DNA from: an uncultured Lentisphaeria bacterium
Lineage (GTDB): Bacteria; Verrucomicrobiota; Lentisphaeria; Victivallales; Victivallaceae
Length of the DNA stretch: 64,000 nt
NCBI GenBank assembly: GCA_903831825.1
Contig: CAIKZE010000219.1
Span: 2,025-66,024, forward strand
Direction: 5' to 3'
Shown here: positions 35,022 through 45,967 of the stretch, one piece after another
How the letters are laid out: every line of letters starts with the position of its first letter
Position numbering within the stretch: the first letter of the stretch is position 1
Program-made: the position numbers and the translations under genes
The notes under the pieces: generated by a model
Told to the model about the DNA's origin: nothing
The model's input: the letters and a program-made list of their open reading frames with translations, nothing else
The model's database searches: none

Positions 35022-37061
35022 ATGACGAACGAATTGTTACTGGTCTCCAAACTTTTCCCCACCTCATTGGAGGAAACGGAGAATTTCGACGTACAAAAGC
35101 GAATAGAACTGTTGAAGAAGTATCATTTCAACGCCGACCAGGTTGACCTGACGCAGACCAACATCGGCAAGGGTGACACCGGCGTATATTACTTCAAGAC
35201 GAGCGCCGCCAGAGCGGTTCCCCGCGACGTGCTGGCGGAGTATTCTGTGGCAGCGGCGAAAGAGGGGATAAAGCTTCTGACCTATTTCAACGTCCACTGG
35301 GCCGCTGAGTTCATGGCGAAGGCGCATCCCGACTGGATACAGTATGACAAGAACAAGGCACCCATCGGGACCGGAAGCTATAATGAAGGGGCGTTCTTCT
35401 GCGTAAACAGCCCATGGCGCGACTATGCCGCGCAGATCGCGGAAGACATGGCCCGCTATGACATCCTCGGTATTTTCCTCGACGGCCCCATCTTCAGCGG
35501 CGCGGGCTGCTATTGCGAACATTGCGAAAAGAAATTCGGTTCCCGCCTGCCGCAGTCGGCGGAAGAGGCCGATTGGAAAAAGTTCCAGGACTTCCGCTCA
35601 CGCTCGATTTTCGACTTCATTGGTCATTTGAAAAACGGCTTGAAAAAATCAAGTCAGAAGGTAATGCTTTTCAGCAACGCTCAAGGCGGTTTTTATCATA
35701 CTCTTGACTTCCGCAGAAACGTGCCGGCAAACCGTGAGTTGACCAAATATGTGGATATGCTTGGCGCGGAAGGCGGATGCCTCCGGATGAATCTCGTCGC
35801 CACCTATTCCTATCTGCTGCCCGGACTTTCCGCCAAACGGCTCGAATCCCAGGCGGGCGGGAAGGCGACTTTCAACTTCATTTCGGGCCGTCATCTGAAC
35901 TGGTCGAGATATCTGCTGCCCCCGGCGGAAATGAAGCTGGTTTATGCCCAGACCGTGGCGAACGGCGCCAACCCGGAATACATGATTTTTTCCGGCGACA
36001 TCGGCAAGCCCGGCGCTCTGGCCGTGGGCGAAATAAATAAATTTCTGCAGGAGAACGCCAAGCTCTTTGAGGGCGCGGAATCAATGGCGGAGGTGGCAAT
36101 GCTGGTATCTGACCAGACCGCAAACTGCTACACAAGTCCGGAAGATTTGGGCGACACCGAGTACAAGGGAATGGTGATGGCGCTGATGCAGTCACATATC
36201 CCGTTCGACCTCATCGACGACCATTCGCTGGCAGACAAAGAGTTTTTTAAATACAAAACCCTGATCCTTCCGAACTGCGCGTGTCTTTCTGCTCACCAGA
36301 TCGAGAATATCAAGGATTATGTCCGCGGCGGCGGCACGATCATCGCCACCTATGAGACATCGCATTACGATGAGATTGGACGCAGGGCAAGCGATCTCCA
36401 GCTTGGCGATCTGTTCGGCGTAACATCGCTCAATAAGCCCAATGAAATGGGGGCCATCGACAATATCAGCGTGACGGATCCGGCGTTCCGGGATCTGTCC
36501 CAGACGCTCATTCCGGCCACCATGCGCAACCTGGCCATTCAAAGCCGCGGAGGCGAGGGCGCCGCTTACTTCCATGAGAAGATGAAAAGCCCCTATTCCG
36601 AACTGCCTCCGGTCTCCTCCAGCCCTGCGCTCGTGCTGAATAGTTACGGCAAGGGCAAGGCGGCGTATTTCCCCGGAACGTTTGGCGGGTTCTACTGGAA
36701 ATTCCGCTTTCCGGAATACATGGCAATCCTGGCTGGACTTATCGCCAGATTCAATCCGGCCGGCATCTGCTTTAAAGGGCTGCCGCAAAGCGTGGAAGTA
36801 GTGACGCGCCGGCAGGAGAAGAGCGGACGGCGCTTGATACACCTGATAAGCACCCTGGAAGGCGGGGCGTCGCGTCCGGTTGAGTACATCCTGCCCCGCG
36901 ACATCGAACTGCGGATCGGCAACCTGGGCGACATGAAGGCTGCGGCATTTTTCGCCGAACAACGGCAGGGAGAGGCGCTGGAGAATAAGGCATCCGGCGG
37001 AGAAGTTTCCTTTGTCATCAAGGGATTCAAAGAATACGGAATTGTTGTGATAGACCGGTAG
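35022..37061 (+). CDS. GH42-like / GHL6-type putative glycoside hydrolase with beta-galactosidase trimerisation-like domain
   Basis: 679-aa ORF with the Cys cluster GCYCEHCEKKF. Also has a GATase-like segment LILPNCACLSAHQIENIKDYVRGGGTIIATYETS. Confidence 0.6.
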   Translation: MTNELLLVSKLFPTSLEETENFDVQKRIELLKKYHFNADQVDLTQTNIGKGDTGVYYFKTSAARAVPRDVLAEYSVAAAKEGIKLLTYFNVHWAAEFMAKAHPDWIQYDKNKAPIGTGSYNEGAFFCVNSPWRDYAAQIAEDMARYDILGIFLDGPIFSGAGCYCEHCEKKFGSRLPQSAEEADWKKFQDFRSRSIFDFIGHLKNGLKKSSQKVMLFSNAQGGFYHTLDFRRNVPANRELTKYVDMLGAEGGCLRMNLVATYSYLLPGLSAKRLESQAGGKATFNFISGRHLNWSRYLLPPAEMKLVYAQTVANGANPEYMIFSGDIGKPGALAVGEINKFLQENAKLFEGAESMAEVAMLVSDQTANCYTSPEDLGDTEYKGMVMALMQSHIPFDLIDDHSLADKEFFKYKTLILPNCACLSAHQIENIKDYVRGGGTIIATYETSHYDEIGRRASDLQLGDLFGVTSLNKPNEMGAIDNISVTDPAFRDLSQTLIPATMRNLAIQSRGGEGAAYFHEKMKSPYSELPPVSSSPALVLNSYGKGKAAYFPGTFGGFYWKFRFPEYMAILAGLIARFNPAGICFKGLPQSVEVVTRRQEKSGRRLIHLISTLEGGASRPVEYILPRDIELRIGNLGDMKAAAFFAEQRQGEALENKASGGEVSFVIKGFKEYGIVVIDR

Positions 37062-37089
37062 AATCAGCCCTCGCCCGAAAGGGCGACGG

Positions 37090-38973
37090 CTATCTTAATG
37101 CGACGGTGTCCGGCGGCGCGGTCTCCTCTGTTTCGGTTTTCCCTGGCTTCAGAGGCATGCAGAAGAGTCTGCAAACCAGTTCGCCGCCCGGGTTTTCGCC
37201 GTTAATCAGAGTCCGGGAATAATTGCGCTGGCGGTCTATCAAACAGAAAACTTTCGTGTCGGACGAGATCAGTTTTATATTTACGATGCCGTTATCGTTG
37301 AATGGAATATTGAAGGTTTCGGTTTTAGCGCTTTTCTGGCTGCTGGAGAATTTTTTCTTTTCTCCATTGATTTCCAGGAACGCATTTCCCGCCTCATTAA
37401 AAGCCAGAGTCAACTCCAGTTCGACAGTTTTAAACTTGCGGCCGACAACCGGAAACGATTTTTGTATCGCGGTTCCCGGCTGCATTTCAACGGTGGTCCA
37501 GCCGCCAAAGGAAAACGGGCCATTGTCGAGAAACATGAGTTTCCCCGGCGAAACTTCCAATGAGACTCCATTCGGCCGCACCATGCGGATAATATCGGAT
37601 TCCAGATACTGGCGGTAATCATCATATGCGGTAAAACAAATGAATACGCCGATAATCAGCGGAATGGTTAATAGATAAGCTTTCCGGGGATTCTTCGGCC
37701 GTATTCGCCAGAAATAGTTGACCGCCGCCGCCGCGCAGATCGCCAGCAGCGGAATTACCGGCAGCCGGAACCGGCATAGAATGTAAAAAACCGCAGTGGC
37801 CGCCCAGAACGAAAGAATAAAATAAATCAGCAGGAAAAGTTTGATGTCTTTTTTTCTGAACATTCTGGCCGTCAGGAATATCATCCCCGCCAGGCCGAAT
37901 GCCATTATGATGCCGGTGGGCATAATTCCGGTGAACATAAAAATCTTGCTCTGGGTTCCCTCGCCCAGAAATGAGATATTGTTGGGGATTTCCTGATAAT
38001 CCCAGAACAACAGCAGTTTCCGGAAGGTAAGCTCAATATATGCAAGCGGTTCGGCGGCGATCCATGCCATTATCCTGGCGGAAATGGAGATTTCGTTAGC
38101 TGTGCTCATCCAGGTCTGATAGCTGGGCGGATATTCCATCGGCCCGGCGGTGAGATCCGGATTGCGCCCTCCCGGCGGCGCTTCAGGAGTATTGCCCAGC
38201 GCCAATACCGAAGCGGCCGCCGTTGACGGTCCGGTCAGCTTCCCGTTGAGCACGGTATTGCGCCAGGCAAAGGGGATCTGCGGCAGCAGAATCAGGAAAA
38301 TAAACAGAGCAGTCGCGGCAAATTTCAGCATTATAAGCTTATATTTTGAAAAACTCCATTTGCCGGTTTTCCCGCCGGTGGTAATGAAGACTGCCGCCAG
38401 CAAACCCGGCACAAAACACCAGACATTGCCCCGGGTGAGAATGGAACAGCCGCAAACCAGCCCCGCCAGCGCCCAGTAAAACCAGTTGCGGGCGGAAATT
38501 GCCAGCAGCGCAAGATACAACAGCAGCATTATCCAGAAAACCTGCAATGTTTCAATCAGCATGAACGGCGTATAAAGGATAAGCGCTGCCGCAAATACGG
38601 TCAGCAACGCCGCAATAATTCCGGCGGCGCGGTTCCACAGCAGCGCCGCGCATTGACCGGTCAGAAATACCGTCAGTGCGCCGAGGATGGATTGAATTAT
38701 AATCAGCGCCCAGATGGAATCGCCGAAAGTCAGTTTGATGAAAGGCAGAAAAAACGCATAATAGAACGGCTGGAAATAAAAAACTTCCTTGAAGGTGCCG
38801 TTGGCAATTTTAGCGGCAAGTTGCTGATAAACCCCCATATCCGTGACGGGCGACGGACAGGTGACCTGATTGAAGCCGTTGTTGAATTCGGCAAGCTCGA
38901 TACTGACCGCGAGCCGGACAGCAAACGCTGCGACAGTCAGCGCCAGCAGGATGTAAGTGAATTTTCTCTTCAT
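37090..38973 (-). CDS. GT-C fold membrane glycosyltransferase (GT39/GT83, PMT_2/ArnT-like) with C-terminal soluble domain
   Basis: 627-aa ORF with about 12 TM segments over the first ~450 aa, followed by a ~170-aa beta-rich tail. Confidence 0.55.
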   Translation of the reverse strand: MKRKFTYILLALTVAAFAVRLAVSIELAEFNNGFNQVTCPSPVTDMGVYQQLAAKIANGTFKEVFYFQPFYYAFFLPFIKLTFGDSIWALIIIQSILGALTVFLTGQCAALLWNRAAGIIAALLTVFAAALILYTPFMLIETLQVFWIMLLLYLALLAISARNWFYWALAGLVCGCSILTRGNVWCFVPGLLAAVFITTGGKTGKWSFSKYKLIMLKFAATALFIFLILLPQIPFAWRNTVLNGKLTGPSTAAASVLALGNTPEAPPGGRNPDLTAGPMEYPPSYQTWMSTANEISISARIMAWIAAEPLAYIELTFRKLLLFWDYQEIPNNISFLGEGTQSKIFMFTGIMPTGIIMAFGLAGMIFLTARMFRKKDIKLFLLIYFILSFWAATAVFYILCRFRLPVIPLLAICAAAAVNYFWRIRPKNPRKAYLLTIPLIIGVFICFTAYDDYRQYLESDIIRMVRPNGVSLEVSPGKLMFLDNGPFSFGGWTTVEMQPGTAIQKSFPVVGRKFKTVELELTLAFNEAGNAFLEINGEKKKFSSSQKSAKTETFNIPFNDNGIVNIKLISSDTKVFCLIDRQRNYSRTLINGENPGGELVCRLFCMPLKPGKTETEETAPPDTVALR

Positions 38974-39008
38974 CTGATAATGTTTGCTGTCCGTTTAATG
39001 AGCATCGC

Positions 39009-39575
39009 TCAGACGTTCATCAGCTCTTTTTCTTTGTGTGCCAGATCTTTATCAATGGCGACAATATAGTCGTCTGTCAGCTTCTGAATATCATCCAGCA
39101 TCTGCTTCAGGTCATCTTCCGTGATTTCGCTGTTTTTCTGGGCTTTTTTCGCCAGCTCATTGCCGTCGCGACGGATATTGCGGATCGCGATTTTGGCTTC
39201 TTCAGCGCGATGTTTAACCTGTTTGGCGAGTGAAGCGCGACGCTCTTCGCTGAGTTCCGGTATCGGGAGACGGATGATTTTACCGTCGTTGACCGGGGAA
39301 ATGCCGAGATTGGCGGCAATCAGCGCCTTTTCGACTGCCGGCATTGCGCCCCGGTCCCAGGGCTGGACTACCAGCATCCGGGGTTCCGGCACGGTGATTC
39401 CGGCCAGTTCTTTCAACCGGGTCGGGGTTCCGTAGTAATCGACGGTGATATTCTCAACCAGCGACGGCGAAGCTTTGCCGGTCCTGAACGCGGAAAAGTC
39501 TTTGCCCATGTTTTCCTGGGTCTTCATCATATGTTCTTCGAGAAAATCCATCAAACCGCCTATTTCAACACTCAT
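39009..39575 (-). CDS. frr: Ribosome recycling factor
   Basis: 188 aa, collinear with E. coli Frr as recalled from memory (RTGKASPSLVENITVDYYGTPT, IRLPIPELSEERR, IRNIRRD). Confidence 0.95.
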   Translation of the reverse strand: MSVEIGGLMDFLEEHMMKTQENMGKDFSAFRTGKASPSLVENITVDYYGTPTRLKELAGITVPEPRMLVVQPWDRGAMPAVEKALIAANLGISPVNDGKIIRLPIPELSEERRASLAKQVKHRAEEAKIAIRNIRRDGNELAKKAQKNSEITEDDLKQMLDDIQKLTDDYIVAIDKDLAHKEKELMNV

Positions 39576-39675
39576 ACTATTTCTCCATGTTAAAATTGAG
39601 TATATTAAAGTATCATAAGAATTTAAAACAAATAACCGGAAAATTCAAACGCCGCAAGCAAAAAACAGGCGCGCA

Positions 39676-40584
39676 TTAATGCTGTCCGCCGAGAATAAAC
39701 AGGATTACGGCGGCGGATATCAGCGCGGCGGCAATAATCCGCCTTCCCAGCAAACCCGGATTAAGCCGGGTTTCAAGCGTTGAAAAACCGTATCCGGCGA
39801 CAATCGCGCCGATAATTACTGAAATTATTCCCCTGGAAGACTGGATGATATTGCCGAAAACCGGACCGATCAACCCGAAACACGAGAACAGCAGCAGCAT
39901 CGCCACAAACCAGCAGATGCTGAACGGCATTGCCGGTTTCAACTGCCGGAAAGAAATTCCGGGAACAATAAAAAGCATCGGGATGGAGCAGATTCCGGCG
40001 AAGACATAAGAAACGACCCCGGCCATCGACGCCCCGAAAAAGATGTTTTCATAACCCAGACTGTCAATCAGGATTTTGATGTAGGTATCAGAGAGCGAGA
40101 AACCGCAGCAGGCAACCAGGATCAGCATTGCGCTTTTCACCGGGATGCTGCCGCCGCTCCAATTGGACATGACCGCGCCCCCCAGACAGAGCAGAACCCC
40201 GAGCCATTGCAGTCCATTGAACGTGTTATGCAGGAAAATAATACTTATTCCGGCCAAAAAGAGTATTTTCAAGCCGAGCAGCGGCGCCAGCCGGGACGCA
40301 TCAGTCTGTTTGAGCGCCAGAAAGAACGCGCATTGCGCCAGCAGATAATAGACATTGCACAAAATCACCGCCTTGCCGAAGTTCATCAGCGGCGGCAGCG
40401 GTCTATGCATCAGCAGGAAAGGCAGCAGCGCCGCCGCGAAAACCCCCATGATAAGATGCGAAACCACCAGCAATTGATACGAGTTTCCGGAGCTGGAGAT
40501 AAAGCGCTTGGAGAACAGATAGGAACATGACTGGGAAGTCGCCGCTGTCAGTCCGGTGATAATGCCGAGTATTATAGTTTCCAT
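39676..40584 (-). CDS. EamA/DMT-family transporter
   Basis: 302-aa ORF with about 10 TM helices in two similar halves. Confidence 0.7.
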   Translation of the reverse strand: METIILGIITGLTAATSQSCSYLFSKRFISSSGNSYQLLVVSHLIMGVFAAALLPFLLMHRPLPPLMNFGKAVILCNVYYLLAQCAFFLALKQTDASRLAPLLGLKILFLAGISIIFLHNTFNGLQWLGVLLCLGGAVMSNWSGGSIPVKSAMLILVACCGFSLSDTYIKILIDSLGYENIFFGASMAGVVSYVFAGICSIPMLFIVPGISFRQLKPAMPFSICWFVAMLLLFSCFGLIGPVFGNIIQSSRGIISVIIGAIVAGYGFSTLETRLNPGLLGRRIIAAALISAAVILFILGGQH

Positions 40585-40593
40585 TAAAGGGCC

Positions 40594-40627
40594 TGAAAAA
40601 CAGACGGCGAAGCTTGAAAGCTTCGCC
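40594..40627 (-). terminator. Rho-independent terminator after the cupin gene
   Basis: The minus strand reads ggcgaagctt-tc-aagcttcgcc followed by gtctgttttt. Confidence 0.55.
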
Positions 40628-40648
40628 GCCGGTTTTGAATATTAAAAA

Positions 40649-41404
40649 TTAATTTCTGGGCGTAATCGGAACTTGCTGTTCCTGGGGGGTCAGTTCCTGT
40701 ACTCCGCTCAGATTCATGTCTTTCGCCTTGCTTGGAGTTCTGCCGAGCAGTTTGTCAGCGGCGGCGCTCGGCGTTGTGGGAGCGGGAGCGGCAGGAGCAG
40801 TAACTGCGGGAACTGCGGCCGCGGGGGGAGTGGTCGATCCATTACCGTTCACCTGAGAGTTCTCGTCGCTGGGAGCAATATCCTGCAACACAGCTACGGG
40901 AATCGGTTTTGGCGGCGGCGCCAGTATCTTTTCGTTCAGCTTATCGTAGGACGGGGATATTATGGTCAGGAATTTCAATGTGTTCGGACTGTCATTGACG
41001 GCGGACTGCAAAGAGCCGGCCGGAATGTAAACGGCCATTCCTTCCTTTAAAATGTAGTCAAGGCTGTTTACCTTAAGTGTGCCGCCGCCCGCAATCACCA
41101 GCACCATTTCGCTGCTGTTCAAAGTATGCAGGGCCAGCCCTTCGCCGGGGGGAAGCAGTACCAGAGAGACGCTGTAGCTGCCTTTGCCGGATTCTGAAAT
41201 ATTGGAGAAGATCGTATAATATTTAGCGCCGCCCAGTTCTTTGTTGACACCCGGAGCGAGTTCATAAACGTCTTTGTACATGACTTTTTTGGGAGATTCC
41301 GCCAAGTCGCGTTTCTGGGGTTCCGGGTCGGGAGCAATGCAACCGCCGCCGATAAAAGACAAGGCGATAACTGCTGCCAGGATTGTAGCGTATTTACAAT
41401 TCAT
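40649..41404 (-). CDS. Cupin-domain lipoprotein with Pro/Ala-rich C-terminal tail
   Basis: Lipobox-like SFIGGGC. Cupin core LLPPGEGLALHTLNSSEMVLVIAGGGTLKV...AVYIPAG. Tail PPAAAVPAVTAPAAPAPTTP. Confidence 0.75.
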   Translation of the reverse strand: MNCKYATILAAVIALSFIGGGCIAPDPEPQKRDLAESPKKVMYKDVYELAPGVNKELGGAKYYTIFSNISESGKGSYSVSLVLLPPGEGLALHTLNSSEMVLVIAGGGTLKVNSLDYILKEGMAVYIPAGSLQSAVNDSPNTLKFLTIISPSYDKLNEKILAPPPKPIPVAVLQDIAPSDENSQVNGNGSTTPPAAAVPAVTAPAAPAPTTPSAAADKLLGRTPSKAKDMNLSGVQELTPQEQQVPITPRN

Positions 41405-41682
41405 TTACTTATTATCCTCATGTTTATTACATAGTATAATTATATCTTCAAAACAAAGATATAAAGAATATAATTTACGAAATCAATAATGCAACCCCGC
41501 GCGTTAATAATTAAGGGCAAGCCCGCCTGCCCAGCCTTATCAACCATTTGGAAACCTGTGAAATATCCGATTTTACTATAATGCACTTATAATTAACATA
41601 TTCAGCAATAAAAACAAACGGAGACGCGGCTTATTTGAGAGACATGTCCTCCGCCCGCGTCATGTTTCCAGGCAATAGACGA

Positions 41683-41931
41683 TTAGCGCCCGGTCATCTT
41701 TTCCAGCGCTTCCGGATAGCGGGCTCCCACTGTCGTAATAAGCGTTGATTTCTTTCTTGGCCTGGTCCACCACAGCCTGATATGCTGTCGGATAGAGCTT
41801 GACCGGTACGCCCTCAAAATATCGCCGCCTGTAACCGTTTTAATCTGATTGGCGATTTCCCGCGTGTTACCGCTGTGGGAGAAATAGGCGACAAGAATTT
41901 TTTTCGGTTTCAATAATACAGTTTCGTTCAT
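41683..41931 (-). pseudogene. Frameshifted and truncated flavodoxin gene
   Basis: The N-terminus KKILVAYFSHSGNTREIANQIKTVTGGDI is flavodoxin-like. After about codon 37 the homologous reading (EGVPVKLYPTAYQAVVDQAKKEINAYY) continues in the +1 frame. The rest of the domain is absent. Confidence 0.6.
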
Positions 41932-42094
41932 TTTTCTTTCTCCTGATTGTTAGGAGCCGTTCAAAAATAACGTCTTTTTTTATCTTTGATATTAACTTTA
42001 AACATTACAGTAACTGTAAGCCAACCGTATTCCGTAAAAAAAGATAAAAAAACTGTTTTTTTAAGCGTGAAAAGACTGATTAGCCGCTGAATCA

Positions 42095-43954
42095 TTAAAT
42101 TCTGGGTTCGGACTCCGCATGGCCGGCTTCTTTGTAGAGGGGAACCTCTTCCGGTTCTTCGGGAAGCGCTTCGGGCGCCAGATCTTCCGGACGACCGGTG
42201 TCATAATAATGTTTTAAGGCTCTTTTGAAAGCGATCACGAAAACCACCGCCATCAGGCACATCACTAGAATGGAGAGCGTAACCAGCAGATATTTGCCTT
42301 TCGGAAGATAATTTTGAGTGACATTCAAATACCCGGCGGTAAAGGTCACAATCACCAGGAAAAAAGCCGGTACCGCCGTAATCCAGACATATTTTTTCTT
42401 GCCCATCGCCAGCAGCATTACGGAAACGATAAATAAAGCACAGGCGGCCAGCAACTGGTTGCTCATGCCGAGCAGCGGCCAGATCGTGGCGATGTTGCCG
42501 GTATATACCAGGTAACCCCAGGAAAAAGTGAATACCGCGCCGGTCACGATAATGCCCGGCGTCCAGTGCGGATTCAAAAACCGGCGGTCGAATTTGCCGA
42601 ACAGTTCCTGAAGCAGAAAACGCCCCGCCCGGGTGCCCGCATCCACTGCGGTCAGCACAAACAACGCCTCAAACATGATCGCGTAATGGTACCAGTAAGA
42701 CATCAATTTATCCATATACGGCAGCGAGGAAAAAATATAGGACATGCCGACCGCCAGCGAAACGCCTCCGCCGGTTCTGCCCTGAAGACTTTCCTGAACC
42801 CCCGCCGATAGCGCGTCGAGATTTACGGTGGACATGCCCAGTTTGGCGAACGCCTCCGGTGCGGCGTTGATCGCGAAATAGTCCGCCGGTACCAGCACGC
42901 ACGCGGAGATCAAGGCCATGAGCGCCACCATCCCTTCCATCAACATTGCGCCGTAACCGACAAATGGAATATCCGCTTCGGTGGCAATCATTTTGGACGA
43001 GGTGCCGGTTCCGATAATGGCATGAAACCCGGAAATCGCACCGCACGCGATCGTGATGAACAGGAACGGAAACAGCGTACCGGGAATGACCGGGCCGCCG
43101 CCGGAGGAGAATTTCATGACCGGAGCCATTTTCAATTCAGGCAGCACTACCAGAATGCCGAGTGCCAGCAGTCCGATGGTGCCGATCTTGAGATAAGACG
43201 AAAGGTAATCGCGCGGACAAAGGATCATCCAGACCGGCAGCACCGAAGCAATAAACCCGTAAAGCGGAATCGCGATTGCAATCTGATTTTTGCTCAGCAG
43301 AAAGATTTGCGCCAGCGCCGGGGTTGCCGCGATATAATGGCCGAAAAAGACCGAGGCCAGCAGCAGCGCCACCCCGATGATACTGCCGCCTTTGACATCG
43401 CCCGGTTTGAAATATTGCATATGCAAACCCATGATTAACGCTATCGGGATGGAGGCGAAAACCGTGAATGTTCCCCAGGCGCTCTCGTCCATGGCATTTA
43501 CCACCGCCAGCGCCAGCCCGGCCAGCGCCAGAATCAGGATTGACAGCACCGCCAGGGTGGCGGCGATGCCGCCGGCCGGCCCGATTTGCTCGCGGGCGAT
43601 TTCGCCCAAACTCCGTCCGCCGTGGCGCACGGACGCGAAAAGCACCGTCATGTCATGCACTCCGCCGCCGATTACCGAGCCGATGATGATCCACAACGCG
43701 CCGGGCAGATAGCCGAACTGCGCCGCCAGGATCGGACCCAGCAGCGGACCCGCCGCCGCAATTGCCGCGAAATGATGCCCGAACAGCATGTATTTATTGG
43801 TTGCCACAAAGTCCCGCCCGTCGGCAAACTCAATCGCCGGAGTCGGACGTTTCGGATCAATTCCAAGCACTTTATGCGCAATAAAAAGACCGTAAAACCG
43901 GTAGCCCAGCGTAAACACGCACAACGCCACCACAATAAGCGTCAGCGAACCCAT
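42095..43954 (-). CDS. cstA: Carbon starvation protein CstA (peptide/pyruvate transporter family)
   Basis: Large multi-TM protein with CstA-type segments (FGHHFAAIAAAGPLLGP, ISGFHAIIGTGTSSK). I prefer the start at 43954 (AGGAGG 6 nt upstream) over 44020. Confidence 0.85.
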   Translation of the reverse strand: MGSLTLIVVALCVFTLGYRFYGLFIAHKVLGIDPKRPTPAIEFADGRDFVATNKYMLFGHHFAAIAAAGPLLGPILAAQFGYLPGALWIIIGSVIGGGVHDMTVLFASVRHGGRSLGEIAREQIGPAGGIAATLAVLSILILALAGLALAVVNAMDESAWGTFTVFASIPIALIMGLHMQYFKPGDVKGGSIIGVALLLASVFFGHYIAATPALAQIFLLSKNQIAIAIPLYGFIASVLPVWMILCPRDYLSSYLKIGTIGLLALGILVVLPELKMAPVMKFSSGGGPVIPGTLFPFLFITIACGAISGFHAIIGTGTSSKMIATEADIPFVGYGAMLMEGMVALMALISACVLVPADYFAINAAPEAFAKLGMSTVNLDALSAGVQESLQGRTGGGVSLAVGMSYIFSSLPYMDKLMSYWYHYAIMFEALFVLTAVDAGTRAGRFLLQELFGKFDRRFLNPHWTPGIIVTGAVFTFSWGYLVYTGNIATIWPLLGMSNQLLAACALFIVSVMLLAMGKKKYVWITAVPAFFLVIVTFTAGYLNVTQNYLPKGKYLLVTLSILVMCLMAVVFVIAFKRALKHYYDTGRPEDLAPEALPEEPEEVPLYKEAGHAESEPRI

Positions 43955-44137
43955 TACAAGCCTCCTGTTACAATAAACAGTCCTATCTTTAGAAATAAAT
44001 AAAACCCAATAATCTAACACCTGTCTATCGCTTTACCAAGATGCTAAAAAATTCTTTTGATTGTTTTGAATTTTGATGTCTTGTGCATATATTAAACACT
44101 GTTAATCTAAATCAACCTTAAAGAGAGAGGTAAAATT

Positions 44138-45949
44138 ATGGCTGATATAACCGGAATGAAAGTAAATACGCCGGAAAACAGACTTCGCGGCAGACTGCCG
44201 AAAGTGGGAATCCGTCCCACTATTGACGGCCGGCGCCAGGGCGTCAGGGAATCGCTGGAAAGTCAGACGATGGGCATGGCGAAAGCCGCGGCCGCGCTGA
44301 TCGGCAAGCATCTTAAACATGCCAACGGCATGAAAGTGGAATGTGTGATTGCCGATACTTGCATCGGCGGGGTTGCCGAAGCGGCGGCCTGCGCTGATAA
44401 ATTCGCGCGGGAAGGCGTCGGCGTCTCCCTGACCGTCACCTCCTGCTGGTGTTACGGCGGCGAAACCATGGACATGGATCCGCTGATGCCGAAAGCGGTC
44501 TGGGGATTCAACGGCACCGAGCGTCCGGGCGCAGTGTATCTGGCGGCGGTTCTGGCCGGACACAGCCAGAAAGGCGTTCCCGCATTCGGCATTTACGGCA
44601 GAGACGTCCAAAGCGCCGATGACACTTCGATTCCGGCCGATGTTCAGGAAAAAATTCTCCGCTTCGTTCGCGGCGGCCTCGCCGTTGCCGCAATGAAAGG
44701 CACTTCATATTTGTCTATGGGCAGCGTTTCCATGGGCATCGCCGGTTCCATCGTTGATCCCGGATTCTTCGAAGATTATCTGGGTATGCGTTGCGAAGCC
44801 GTGGATATGACCGAATTCGTCCGCCGCATCGAGGAAGGCATTTATGACGGGAAAGAATTTAAGCAAGCCCTCAAATGGACCAGGGCAAACTGCAGGGAAG
44901 GCGAGGATTTCAACTCCGCCAAGTCGCGTAAATCAGCTAAGGAAAAAGAGAAAATCTGGGAATTTGTAGTCAAAATGACCATGATCGGCCGCGATTTGAT
45001 GGTCGGCAACCCCCGGCTGGCGGAACTGGGATTCGGCGAAGAAGCGCTGGGACACAATGCGCTGTGCGCCGGATTCCAGGGGCAGCGGCAGTGGACCGAC
45101 TATCTGCCTAACGGCGATTTTATGGAAACCATTCTGAACTCTTCGTTCGACTGGAACGGCATTCGTCAACCATATGTGATGGCCACTGAAAATGATGCTT
45201 TAAACGGCGTCGCCATGCTGTTCGGGCAGTTGCTGACCGGCACTTCCCAGGGTTTTTCCGATGTCAGGACTTACTGGAGCCCTGAAGCCGTTTACAAGGC
45301 CACCGGCCATAAACTCGGCGGTGACGGCAAAAACGGGCTGATCCATCTGATCAACTCCGGTTCAACCACGATGGACGGCACGGGGCAGCAGACGAAAAAC
45401 GGCAAGCCCGCGATGAAGCCGTTCTGGGAAATCACTCCGGCGGAGGCCGGCAAATGCCTTGACGCCACCGAATGGTGCCCGGCGATAACCGAATACTTCC
45501 GCGGCGGCGGCTTCTCCTCCAGATTCGTGTCCAGGGGGGGAATGCCGATCACCATGTCCCGGATCAACCTGATTAAGGGGCTTGGCCCGGTGTTGCAGAT
45601 TGCGGAGGGCGTCACTTTTGAACTGCCGTCCAAGATTCATGATAAACTTGACCGCAGAACCAATCCGAGCTGGCCTACAACCTGGTTTGCTCCCAGGATT
45701 ACCGGTAAAGGCGCATTCTCGGATGTTTACAGTGTCATGGCCAACTGGGGCGCCAACCACGGAGCATTCAGCTACGGGCATATCGGCGCGGATTTGATTA
45801 CGCTGGCGTCGATGCTGAGGATTCCGGTATGCATGCACAATGTTCCGGAAAGCGATATTTACCGCCCAAGCACCTGGGCTGCATTCGGCATGGATGCGGA
45901 AGGCTCGGATTACCGCGCCTGTCAGGCATTCGGACCGGTCTATCGTTAA
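44138..45949 (+). CDS. fucI: L-fucose isomerase
   Basis: 603 aa. [22 protein letters not shown] matches the E. coli FucI N-terminus [22 protein letters not shown] (recalled from memory) and the protein is collinear throughout. Confidence 0.95.
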   Translation: MADITGMKVNTPENRLRGRLPKVGIRPTIDGRRQGVRESLESQTMGMAKAAAALIGKHLKHANGMKVECVIADTCIGGVAEAAACADKFAREGVGVSLTVTSCWCYGGETMDMDPLMPKAVWGFNGTERPGAVYLAAVLAGHSQKGVPAFGIYGRDVQSADDTSIPADVQEKILRFVRGGLAVAAMKGTSYLSMGSVSMGIAGSIVDPGFFEDYLGMRCEAVDMTEFVRRIEEGIYDGKEFKQALKWTRANCREGEDFNSAKSRKSAKEKEKIWEFVVKMTMIGRDLMVGNPRLAELGFGEEALGHNALCAGFQGQRQWTDYLPNGDFMETILNSSFDWNGIRQPYVMATENDALNGVAMLFGQLLTGTSQGFSDVRTYWSPEAVYKATGHKLGGDGKNGLIHLINSGSTTMDGTGQQTKNGKPAMKPFWEITPAEAGKCLDATEWCPAITEYFRGGGFSSRFVSRGGMPITMSRINLIKGLGPVLQIAEGVTFELPSKIHDKLDRRTNPSWPTTWFAPRITGKGAFSDVYSVMANWGANHGAFSYGHIGADLITLASMLRIPVCMHNVPESDIYRPSTWAAFGMDAEGSDYRACQAFGPVYR

Positions 45950-45967
45950 AAGTTAATCGTAAAAGCA

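Noticed and set aside
37071-37086. Hairpin tcgccc-gaaa-gggcga between convergent genes, considered as a terminator
   Set aside because: The stem is only 6 bp and no T-tract lies on either strand. This is too weak to call.
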